In this document: positions 46,755 to 55,318 of the stretch, piece after piece
Numbering within the stretch: position 1 is the stretch's first letter
Layout: every line of letters begins with the position of its first letter
Assembly: GCA_965206595.1 (NCBI GenBank)
Contig: OZ242214.1
Coordinates: 6,848,001 to 6,912,000, forward strand
Length of the DNA stretch: 64,000 bases
Source: Candidatus Latescibacterota bacterium
GTDB lineage: Bacteria > Latescibacterota > UBA2968 > UBA8231
Reading direction: 5' to 3'
Program-made: the position numbers and the translations under genes
Notes under the pieces: model-generated
What the model saw: only the letters and a program-made list of their open reading frames with translations
What the model was told of the DNA's origin: nothing
Database searches by the model: none

Positions 46755-49700
46755 TTGACTGACCCTTTCTTCGAGCGCCCCGTCCTCAACTCCCCCTACG
46801 AGCGCCCGGACAGGCACTGGGAGCTGGACGAGACCGGGCAGCCGACCCAGAAAACCATCGAAAACCGCCGCCAGGCGGAGTTCATCACGCCGATCCCGAA
46901 GCCCCGGAAGCGCAAGGGCTCGGCGCAACAGGCGGCGATGGTATTCGACGAAAGGGCGCAGAAGCTCGGGACCGATGGCCAGCAGTACGACCTGACCGCC
47001 ATCATCAACGGGGTCCGCCAGCAGGTCGACCGCTGGCGCGAGCTGCCGGACCCGGCCCAGTGGCAGGTGACCCCGGAGACGGCCCGCCTGCTCCGGCACT
47101 GGCGGCACCACCACTTCAGCGGCATCCGCCCCTTCTTCTGCCAGCTCGAAGCCGCGGAGACCGCCATCTGGCTCACCGAGGTGGCGCCCGGCACGCGAGC
47201 CGGCCGGGACTTCCTCAACCACTTGGCCAACGCCAACGACGACGCCAACCCGGAGCTGCCGCGGCTGGCTCTCAAGCTGGCGACCGGGGCCGGCAAGACC
47301 ACGGTCATGGCGATACTGATCGCCTGGCAGACCGTCAACGCGGTGCGCCGGCCCCAGAGCAGCCGCTTCACGCGCGGCTTCCTCGTCGTCACCCCCGGCA
47401 TCACCATCAAGGACCGCCTGCGCGTGCTGCAGCCGAACGACCCGGACAGCTACTACCAGAGCCGGGAGCTGGTTCCCAACGACATGCTGCCCGACCTGGA
47501 GAAGGCGAAGATCGTCATCACCAACTACCACGCCTTCAAGCTGCGCGAGCGCATGGAGCTTTCCAAGGGGGGCCGTTCCCTGCTCCAGGGACGGGGCGAG
47601 TCGCTGGCGACCCTCGAGACCGAGGGGCAGATGCTGCAGCGGGTCATGCCGGAGCTCATGGGCCTGAAGAACCTCCTCGTCCTCAACGACGAGGCCCACC
47701 ACTGCTACCGCGAAAAGCCGGGAGAGGTGGAAGAGGAGGCGCTGAAGGGGGACGACAGGAAGGAGGCCGAGAAGAACACGGAGGCCGCCCGCCTGTGGAT
47801 TTCGGGGCTGGAAACCGTCGGCAAAAAGCTCGGCATCAACCGGGTATTCGACCTCTCGGCGACCCCCTTCTTTCTGCGCGGGTCGGGATACGCCGAAGGC
47901 ACCCTGTTCCCGTGGACGATGTGCGACTTCTCGCTCATGGATGCCATCGAGTGCGGCATCGTCAAGCTGCCCCGCGTGCCGGTGGCCGACAACATCCCCG
48001 GCGGCGACATGCCGAAGTTCCGCAACCTGTGGGAGCATATCCGCGAGGACATGCCGAAGAAGGGGCGGGGCAAGGCCAGCCACCTCGATCCCCTGAGCCT
48101 GCCGGTCGAGCTGCAGACCGCGCTGGAGGCGTTGTACGGGCACTACCGGAAAACCTTCGAGATGATGCAGGAGGCGAGCATTTCCGTGCCCCCCTGCTTC
48201 ATCGTCGTCTGCAACAACACCTCGACCTCCAAGCTGGTCTACGACTACATCTCCGGCTTCCACCGCGAGAACGAGAACGGCTCGGCGACGCTTGAGAACG
48301 GGCGCCTCGAGCTGTTCCGCAACTTCGACGACGACGGCACCCGGTTCCCGCGGCCCCGCACCCTCCTGATCGACAGCGAACAGCTCGAGTCCGGGGAAGC
48401 GCTGGACAGGAACTTCCGCGACATGGCCGCCGGCGAGATCGAGCGCTTTCGCCGCGAGATCGTCGAGCGCACCGGCGACCGCCGCCAGGCCGAGAAGATC
48501 ACCGACCAGGACCTCCTGCGGGAGGTCATGAACACCGTCGGCAAGGAGGGCCGGCTCGGGGACTCGATCCGCTGCGTGGTGTCGGTGTCGATGCTGACCG
48601 AAGGGTGGGACGCCAACACCGTCAGCCACGTGCTCGGGGTCCGCGCCTTCGGAACCCAGCTGCTCTGCGAGCAGGTGGTCGGCCGCGCCCTGCGGCGGCA
48701 GTCCTACGACCTCAACGAGGAAGGCCTGTTCGACGTCGAGTACGCCGACGTCCTCGGGATACCGTTCGACTTTACCGCCAAACCGGTCGTGGCCCCGGCC
48801 AAGCCGCCGCGGGAGACCGTCCAGGTGCGGGCCGTGCGCCCGGAAAGGGACGCGCTGGAGATTCGCTTCCCGCGGGTGGCCGGGTACCGGGTGGAGCTGC
48901 CGGAAGAGCGGCTCGCGGCGGAGTTCAACGACGACTCCGTCCTCGACCTCACTCCCGACCTGGTCGGTCCCTCGATCACGAGAAACCAGGGGATCATCGG
49001 CGAGGGGGTCGACCTCGACCTCGTTCACACCAACGGCCTGCGCACCTCGACCCTCCTGTTTCACCTGACCCAGCGCCTGCTCTACACCAAATACCGCGAC
49101 CCGGGCGAGGAGCCGAAGCTCCATCTCTTCGGGCAGCTCAAGCGGATCACCAGGCAGTGGCTCGACGGCTACCTCGTCTGCAAGGGGAGAACCTATCCCG
49201 CCCAGCTCATGTACCAGGAGCTGGCCGACCTGGTTTGCGAGCGCATCGCCGCGGCCATCACCCGGGAGGGAATCGACAGCCGCCCGGTGAAGGCCGTGCT
49301 CGATCCGTACAATCCCGTCGGTTCGACCGCCCACGTAAATTTCAACACCACCAGGACCAACCGGTACGAGACCGATTCCCGCCGCTGCCACGTCAACTGG
49401 GTCGTCCTCGACAGCGACTGGGAAGCGGAGTTCTGCCGCGTCGCCGAGTCCCATCCGCAGGTCAGGGCCTACGTCAAGAACCACAACCTCGGCCTGGAGG
49501 TCCCCTACCGTTCCGGCTCGGAAACGCGGACGTACCTCCCGGACTTCATCGTTCTCGTCGACGATGGCCGCGGCGAGGAGGATCTCCTGCACCTCATCGT
49601 CGAGATCAAGGGGTACCGGGGGGAAGACGCCAAGGACAAGAAGACGGCCATGGACACCTACTGGGTTCCCGGGGTGAACAACCACGAGGACTACGGGCGC

Positions 49701-49823
49701 TGGGCCTTTGCCGAGTTCACCGATGTTTTCGAGGTGGAATCCGCGTTCAACGAGATGATCGAGCCGCAGGCCGTTGGAGACGCTTCGACGAATCCTGGCA
49801 GCAAGGGGTTTCACGAACCATGA
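46755..49823 (+). CDS. Type III-like restriction endonuclease Res subunit (BPTD_3080-like)
   Basis: PVLNSPY, ATGAGKT, NDEAHHCY, LSATP, MLTEGWDA, CEQVVGRALRR, C-terminal YLPDF..VEIKG. Confidence 0.92.
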   Translation: MTDPFFERPVLNSPYERPDRHWELDETGQPTQKTIENRRQAEFITPIPKPRKRKGSAQQAAMVFDERAQKLGTDGQQYDLTAIINGVRQQVDRWRELPDPAQWQVTPETARLLRHWRHHHFSGIRPFFCQLEAAETAIWLTEVAPGTRAGRDFLNHLANANDDANPELPRLALKLATGAGKTTVMAILIAWQTVNAVRRPQSSRFTRGFLVVTPGITIKDRLRVLQPNDPDSYYQSRELVPNDMLPDLEKAKIVITNYHAFKLRERMELSKGGRSLLQGRGESLATLETEGQMLQRVMPELMGLKNLLVLNDEAHHCYREKPGEVEEEALKGDDRKEAEKNTEAARLWISGLETVGKKLGINRVFDLSATPFFLRGSGYAEGTLFPWTMCDFSLMDAIECGIVKLPRVPVADNIPGGDMPKFRNLWEHIREDMPKKGRGKASHLDPLSLPVELQTALEALYGHYRKTFEMMQEASISVPPCFIVVCNNTSTSKLVYDYISGFHRENENGSATLENGRLELFRNFDDDGTRFPRPRTLLIDSEQLESGEALDRNFRDMAAGEIERFRREIVERTGDRRQAEKITDQDLLREVMNTVGKEGRLGDSIRCVVSVSMLTEGWDANTVSHVLGVRAFGTQLLCEQVVGRALRRQSYDLNEEGLFDVEYADVLGIPFDFTAKPVVAPAKPPRETVQVRAVRPERDALEIRFPRVAGYRVELPEERLAAEFNDDSVLDLTPDLVGPSITRNQGIIGEGVDLDLVHTNGLRTSTLLFHLTQRLLYTKYRDPGEEPKLHLFGQLKRITRQWLDGYLVCKGRTYPAQLMYQELADLVCERIAAAITREGIDSRPVKAVLDPYNPVGSTAHVNFNTTRTNRYETDSRRCHVNWVVLDSDWEAEFCRVAESHPQVRAYVKNHNLGLEVPYRSGSETRTYLPDFIVLVDDGRGEEDLLHLIVEIKGYRGEDAKDKKTAMDTYWVPGVNNHEDYGRWAFAEFTDVFEVESAFNEMIEPQAVGDASTNPGSKGFHEP

Positions 49824-50986
49824 CCAGCCGACGATTGCAGATAACATTGCAACCAGACGTGTTGCGTTGGGCGCGGGAGCGGGCAGGCATTGACCCTTCG
49901 GAACTGGCGCGCAAGCTGAACGTAAGCGCGGAGCGAGTGGTGGAGTGGGAACGCGACGGCAGGATCAGTGTTGCCCAGGCAGACAGGCTTGCCCAACGCA
50001 CTCACACCGCCCTGGGGTTCCTGTATTTGACAGAGCCGCCGAGAGACCGCCTGCCAATACCGGACTTTCGTACCCGAGACCATCTACCGCCTCCCAGTTC
50101 CGATCTGCTGGACACCGTTTACCATATGCAGCGCCGCCAGGCATGGATGAGGGATGAGCTCATAGAAGCCGGCGTAGAACCGCTGAATTTTATCGGAGCC
50201 TACAGCACGGGGGCCGATCCTCGGACAGTTGGGCTTGCCATGCGCGATGTCCTGAACCTTACCGGAAATTGGGCAGAAGAGGTGGACAGCTGGAGCGAGG
50301 CCCTCCGACATCTGCGGAATCGGACAGACGCCGCCGGAGTGCTGGTATTTTTCAATGGGATAGTTGGCAACAACTCCCACCGAAGCCTGAATCCCGACGA
50401 GTTCCAGGGCTTCGCCATCGCCGATGAGTATGCCCCACTGGTTTTCGTGAATAGCACCGATTTTCTGGCGGCACAGATGTTTACCCTGGCTCACGAACTA
50501 GCTCACCTCTTCATAGCCGAAAGCGGTGTCTCCTGTTTCGAAGACCTGCAACCGCCCTCGGACAAAGTCGAGCGGTTCTGCAACAAGGCCGCCGCGGAGT
50601 TCCTGGTGCCGGAGGAAGAACTACTCGTTTTCTGGGAGAGTATCGGAAGAACAGGTGACCCTTTTCAGGCCACCGCCCGCAGGTTCAAGGTGAGTTCTCT
50701 CGTTGCCGCCCGCCGGGCACTCGATCTCGATTTGATCGACAGCAGAACCTTTTTCCGATTCTACCAAAACAGGATCGATGAATTGCGCCGCCAGCAGCAG
50801 CGTCAGGGTAGTGGGGGCAACTTCTGGAATACTCAGAAGTGGCGTATCGGCCCGCGCTTTGCCACCGCCATCTTTCGTGCAGTCAGGGAAGGCCGTTTGC
50901 TCTATCGCGAGGCATACAATCTCACTGGCCTGAAAGGAAAAGCCTTTGACAGCATGCCGGAAAAGATGGAAATGTCGCAGGGATGA
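49820..50986 (+). CDS. XRE HTH-ImmA/IrrE metallopeptidase fusion
   Basis: LRWARERAG..WE, PIPDFRT, FTLAHELAH (HExxH), ERFCNKAAAEFLVP, FKVS. Confidence 0.9.
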   Translation: MTSRRLQITLQPDVLRWARERAGIDPSELARKLNVSAERVVEWERDGRISVAQADRLAQRTHTALGFLYLTEPPRDRLPIPDFRTRDHLPPPSSDLLDTVYHMQRRQAWMRDELIEAGVEPLNFIGAYSTGADPRTVGLAMRDVLNLTGNWAEEVDSWSEALRHLRNRTDAAGVLVFFNGIVGNNSHRSLNPDEFQGFAIADEYAPLVFVNSTDFLAAQMFTLAHELAHLFIAESGVSCFEDLQPPSDKVERFCNKAAAEFLVPEEELLVFWESIGRTGDPFQATARRFKVSSLVAARRALDLDLIDSRTFFRFYQNRIDELRRQQQRQGSGGNFWNTQKWRIGPRFATAIFRAVREGRLLYREAYNLTGLKGKAFDSMPEKMEMSQG

Positions 50987-51534
50987 ATCAGGACCATCCC
51001 TTCTTCGTGCTCGATGCGAATATTTCCATAGAGGCGCATCGCCGCTATTACGCGCAAGATCTTTGCCCGGGATTCTGGGATTGTCTGACTCATTTTTCCA
51101 TTGAACGACGAATTCTCAGCATCGATCGAGTGCGTGACGAACTGTTCGTCAGCCAGGATCGGCTGGTTGAGTGGGTGAAGGAGTCACAGGAGGATCTTTT
51201 CGAATCAACGGCAGATGAATCGGTAATAGATGCCTTTTCGGAAATGATGAACTGGGTTCAGGGAAACAATCAGTTCCGACCTGAAGCAAAAGAGCAATTC
51301 GCTGGAGCTGCCGATGGATGGGTCGCCGCTTACGCAAAAGTCCATGACGCAGTTGTTGTCACCCATGAAGCGTTTAACACGCAGGTGAGGAGAAAGGTGC
51401 CTTTGCCCAACGTCTGTGATCAGTTCGACGTTGACTACCGCGATACATTTGCGATGCTCCGCGAGCTCGAGGTGCGTTTTGAGTGGACCCCGCAGGTTTC
51501 ACCTGGACAGAATCTGGGGGAACCCGATCAATGA
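50983..51534 (+). CDS. DUF4411-family PIN-like protein
   Basis: LDAN..IEAHRRYY..PGFW, ADGWVAAYA..VVTHE, KVPLPNVC. Confidence 0.88.
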   Translation: MNQDHPFFVLDANISIEAHRRYYAQDLCPGFWDCLTHFSIERRILSIDRVRDELFVSQDRLVEWVKESQEDLFESTADESVIDAFSEMMNWVQGNNQFRPEAKEQFAGAADGWVAAYAKVHDAVVVTHEAFNTQVRRKVPLPNVCDQFDVDYRDTFAMLRELEVRFEWTPQVSPGQNLGEPDQ

Positions 51535-51821
51535 ACAGAGATGAAGTGCTGAAGGTTCTCAAAACGCACAAGGCGACCCTTGCGCAACGCTTCGGTGTAA
51601 CGGATCTCGCCCTGTTCGGGTCAATCGTCCGCGACCAGGCAACGGACGACAGCGACGTGGACATCCTGGTGAAGTTCGACTCGCCAGCAACATCAAAGCG
51701 GTATTTTGGTGTTCAGTTCTACATTGAAGACCTGCTGGGGCGCCCGGTTGGCCTGGTAACTGACAAAGCACTGCGGGCGGAGATGCGCCCATTTATCGAG
51801 CGCGAGATGGTCAATGTCTGA
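51531..51821 (+). CDS. MNT nucleotidyltransferase antitoxin (copy 1)
   Basis: LALFGS.VRDQATDDSDVDILV. Confidence 0.88.
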   Translation: MNRDEVLKVLKTHKATLAQRFGVTDLALFGSIVRDQATDDSDVDILVKFDSPATSKRYFGVQFYIEDLLGRPVGLVTDKALRAEMRPFIEREMVNV

Positions 51822-51880
51822 CCCCCCCCGAAGAAACGCGTACCTGGCGGCTTTATATCCAGGACATGAATTCAGCAAAA
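51814..51880 (+). pseudogene. 5' remnant of a HepT/DUF86 toxin
   Basis: atgtctgac..gcgtacctggcggctttatatccaggacatg matches the start of 54947..55318. Confidence 0.7.
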
Positions 51881-51934
51881 TTGCGAAACCTGCTGAAAAC
51901 GACCAATGCAGCCTCCGAGTAAAACGAGGAAGCC

Positions 51935-52096
51935 ATGCAACTGAAAGTCGTGATCCATCAAGCGGCGGAAGGCGGGTATTGGGCGGAAGTACCCTCTATC
52001 CCCGGATGTGCAACCCAAGGGGAGACCTTTGAAGAGTTACTGACCAACCTGTACGAAGCAATCGAAGGTTGCCTGTCCGTCTTCAGAGACACTTGA
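51935..52096 (+). CDS. Short HicB-family antitoxin (copy 1)
   Basis: MQLKVVIHQAAEGGYWAEVPSIPGCATQGETFEELLTNLYEAIEGCL; GAGGA RBS; below the ORF-track length cutoff. Confidence 0.8.
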   Translation: MQLKVVIHQAAEGGYWAEVPSIPGCATQGETFEELLTNLYEAIEGCLSVFRDT

Positions 52097-52169
52097 TGAA
52101 ATTGGCGAGTATCGATGAATCCGACCTGTAACCGAACCAGTTTGTGATACGGTAGAAAGACTGCAATCA

Positions 52170-52435
52170 ATGGCGAAACGAAAATCAACCAAGAGCGTCG
52201 AAAAGTCTCCGGCACCAGGACGCATCGCGGAAGAACATCCCCACGGCCGAGTATCAGGCGGTGATGGCGGAGGATGACCGCAATCCGATCGAGGTCGCGT
52301 ACGAGCGGCGCAACCCGGACCTCGACCCGCAGCTTGTCTGGCGCGGCAAGGACGAGCAGGACTGGTCGGACCTGGTGGTGGAGGCGCCGCCGCTGTTCAT
52401 CCAGGAGAAGGTCCAACCAAAGGTGCTGATCGACG
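52170..52435 (+). pseudogene. Duplicate of the 5' end of the mod gene
   Basis: atggcgaaacgaaaatcaacc...KNIPTAEYQAVMAEDDRNP..DPQLVWRGKDEQ..IQEKVQPKVLID, homologous to 55319-55583 with substitutions and one extra A. Confidence 0.9.
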
Positions 52436-52567
52436 AAGAAGCCAGAATCCGAGGCTGAGGAAACCAGTCGGTTCGAAACCCTTGAGGGTGCTCTGGCCTG
52501 CTTGATGGAAGATTTCCATTTGACCGGACTCGACGTCCAAAACGACTATCAAATGAGGATGCTGTGA
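52436..52567 (+). pseudogene. 3' remnant of an unknown gene coupled to the DUF1828 gene
   Basis: Frame KKPESEAEETSRFETLEGALACLMEDFHLTGLDVQNDYQMRML* overlaps the next start. Confidence 0.45.
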
Positions 52568-53346
52568 TGATCGACCTCGACGCGCTCCGAAAACTGTTAT
52601 GCGAGCGTCTTTGCGAAGACGTAGGAGTAGACCAACGCCCTGATGGCGCACTGATGCTGCGCACGCGCTTCGAGTTTCCCGATGGAGACCGCTACCCGAT
52701 TCACCTTGCCGAAGTGGGATCGGGCGGGTTCCGGCTGTCGGACCGCGGACACACACTCATGCACCTCAGCTACGAGCACGACGTGGACGCATTCCTGGAC
52801 GGGACGCGGGGGATGCTCCTTGAACGCATCATGGGTGAGACCGGGCTTCAATGGGACGGGGGCGCCTTCTGCCTCGAATCGTCCCCCGAACGGCTGCCGG
52901 AAGCCATCTTCTCCTTTGGGCAGGCGCTGACCAGGGTCTACGACCTGACGTTGCTGTCCCGCTCGAACGTCGGTTCCACGTTCTACGACGATTTGACCGA
53001 TCTCCTTTTCAGCCTGGTGGACGAAGCCAAAATCGAACAGGACTACCAACCGCAAGTGCCTAACGCCGAAGTCTACCCCGTGGATTACCGCATCGAAGGC
53101 AAGGGGGAGGTTCCTTTGTTCCTTTACGGGGTACCGAACCGTGACAAGGCACGCCTGACCACGATCATGCTGTCGCACTTCCACCGGCACGACCTCCGTT
53201 TCGAATCCATTCTCGTGTTCGAGGGTCAGGCAGAAATTCCGAGGCAGGATCTGGCGAGACTATCCGACGTCGGCGGGGACATGATATCATCTCTGGCCTC
53301 GCGAGAAGATTTCAACCGAAAGGTCTTACAGCGTGTCGCGGCGTGA
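52564..53346 (+). CDS. DUF1828-domain protein
   Basis: TRFEFPDGD..IHL..FRLSDRGHTLMHL; C-terminal YPVDYRI. Confidence 0.75.
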   Translation: MMIDLDALRKLLCERLCEDVGVDQRPDGALMLRTRFEFPDGDRYPIHLAEVGSGGFRLSDRGHTLMHLSYEHDVDAFLDGTRGMLLERIMGETGLQWDGGAFCLESSPERLPEAIFSFGQALTRVYDLTLLSRSNVGSTFYDDLTDLLFSLVDEAKIEQDYQPQVPNAEVYPVDYRIEGKGEVPLFLYGVPNRDKARLTTIMLSHFHRHDLRFESILVFEGQAEIPRQDLARLSDVGGDMISSLASREDFNRKVLQRVAA

Positions 53347-53426
53347 ACTGCTGAAGCACTGCGGGCCACGGGGGTGGCGGTTTGATCGAGGTGATCGGCG
53401 ACCGCTAATTCCCCGATGAGGTAAGG

Positions 53427-53645
53427 ATGAAATTGAAAGTTGTGATCCATCAAGCGGAAGAGGGCGGATACTGGGCGGAAGTACCCTCTATCCCCGGATG
53501 TGCGACTCAAGGGGAGTCCTTTGAAGAGTTGCTGACCAACCTCTACGAGGCCGTGGAAGGTTGCCTGTCCGCCGAGGTTGGGGACGGCTCTAACACGGAA
53601 AAAGCCAAGGTCATCGAAATTGCGATGAATGAAGATCAAAAATGA
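53427..53645 (+). CDS. HicB-family antitoxin (copy 2)
   Basis: VVIHQAEEGGYWAEVPSIPGCATQGESFEELLTNLYEAVEGCL. Confidence 0.88.
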   Translation: MKLKVVIHQAEEGGYWAEVPSIPGCATQGESFEELLTNLYEAVEGCLSAEVGDGSNTEKAKVIEIAMNEDQK

Positions 53646-54481
53646 GTCCAAACTTAAAACAAGCTGCCCTGATTTATGACTTCGACGGCACGCTTGCTCC
53701 CGGGAACATGCAGGAACACAGCTTCATTCCTTCTGTAGACATGACAAAGAATGACTTCTGGGACGAAGTCAAAGCATGTTCAAAGCAGGAAGACGCAGAT
53801 GAAATACTCGTTTACATGCGTCTGATGATTGAAAAAGCTAAACAGAAATGCCTTGAGATCACGAAAGAGGATCTCCGCAAACATGGTGGGGAGATTCCAC
53901 TATTCGAGGGACTCGAAGACAAGAGTTGATTCGATAGGATCAGCTGTCATGCCGCAACTAACGGTTTAGGACTTGAGCACTACATTATTTCTTCCGGACT
54001 TGAGGAAATGATCCGTGGCTGTTCCATTTTCCAGGTATTCCGTCATGTGTTTGCTTCCAAGTTCATCTATGAAGGCGACATTGCAAGATGGCCGGGAGCG
54101 GCGATCAACTACACGTCCAAAACCCAATATCTTTTCCGCATCAATAAGGGCATCGATAACCAATGGGATAACGACACTATAAACAAGTACATGGCGGAGC
54201 ACGAGCGTCCAATACCCTTCCAGCGAATGATTTTTGTAGGCGACGGCTTCACGGACATACCAGCAATGAAGATGATGACTCACCAAGGAGGGAACGCAAT
54301 AGCGGTATATGATCCCGAATGTAAGGACCAGGACCTTGGCAAGATTCATCAGCTGATCGCAGACAATCGCGTTGACTTCGTGGCACCAGCAGATTATTCC
54401 GAGAATTCGCAGATGGAAATAATCGTCAAAGGGATCCTGAGCCGGATCGGGCGTTCGATAGAGATTGGCGGGCCGCAATAG
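53642..54481 (+). pseudogene. HAD-superfamily hydrolase with an in-frame TGA at 53927-53929
   Basis: YDFDGTL..MQE; the frame continues after TGA as FDRI..HYIISSG..KTQYLFRINKG..GDGFTDIPAM. Confidence 0.82.
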
Positions 54482-54663
54482 CGCTCAACGCAGATATGGG
54501 GTGGGTCAGGACAAGGGACCCGAAAAATCCGAAGACCTCACATCAGGCCGTCATGGTAGGGGACGACGGAGCCCGATTGAGGCCGCAGAGATGCGCAGCA
54601 ACCTCGACCGTGAACTCCGGCTCGTCTGTTGTGACAAGGACGACCGGTACGGAAAGAAGATCA

Positions 54664-54954
54664 ATGAACAGAGATGAAGTCCTGAACGTGCTCCGAACGC
54701 ACAAAGCAGCTCTTGCGCAACGTTTTGGCGTCACTGGACTCGCCCTATTCGGTTCCTTCGCCCGCGACCGAGCTACGGACGACAGCGACGTTGACATCTT
54801 AGTTCGCTTTGACAAGCCGGCAACTTCATACGCCTACTTCGGCACCCAGTTCTACTTGGAGGACCTGCTGGGGCATCCAGTCGATCTGGTAACTGACAAA
54901 GCACTGCGGGCGGAGATACGGCCCTACGTGGAGCGGGAAATCGTCAATGTCTGA
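54664..54954 (+). CDS. MNT nucleotidyltransferase antitoxin (copy 2)
   Basis: LALFGSFARDRATDDSDVDILV..VDLVT. Confidence 0.9.
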   Translation: MNRDEVLNVLRTHKAALAQRFGVTGLALFGSFARDRATDDSDVDILVRFDKPATSYAYFGTQFYLEDLLGHPVDLVTDKALRAEIRPYVEREIVNV

Positions 54955-55318
54955 CGCCAACCAAGAATCGCGTAGCTGGCAGCTCTATATTCAGGACATG
55001 ATCGAATTCAGCGGCAAGGTTCTGTCTTATACGGAGGGACTGGACCAAAAGCGGTTCATCGCGGGGACGCTCGTCTACGATGCCACTTTGCGCAATCTGG
55101 AACTGATCGGCGAGGCGGCGACCCACGTCCCGGGTGAGGTGCGTGAGGCTCATCCGGAAATTCAATGGCGCCGCATTATAGCAACGCGGAATCGCCTGGC
55201 TCACAGTTACCTGGGTATGGACGACGACGTTATCTGGGACATCATCCAGACTGATGTCCCGAACCTGCTACCGGCATTGCGCAACGTGTTGAACACGATA
55301 AACGAGGAATCCGCATAA
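54947..55318 (+). CDS. HepT/DUF86 HEPN toxin
   Basis: RNLELIGEAA, RNRLAHSY (RX4HXY), IWDII. Confidence 0.9.
   Translation: MSDANQESRSWQLYIQDMIEFSGKVLSYTEGLDQKRFIAGTLVYDATLRNLELIGEAATHVPGEVREAHPEIQWRRIIATRNRLAHSYLGMDDDVIWDIIQTDVPNLLPALRNVLNTINEESA

Noticed and set aside
46533-49847. 1104-aa antisense ORF and similar long antisense or off-frame ORFs (9593..11122, the 5' extensions of 1437..3140, 32485..33936 and 48605..50986)
   Set aside because: Shadow ORFs produced by high GC3 codon bias over clearly identifiable genes; no motifs
53927-53929. Selenocysteine or genetic code 4/25 reassignment
   Set aside because: TGA is the normal stop for most genes here, and the position corresponds to Trp rather than Cys
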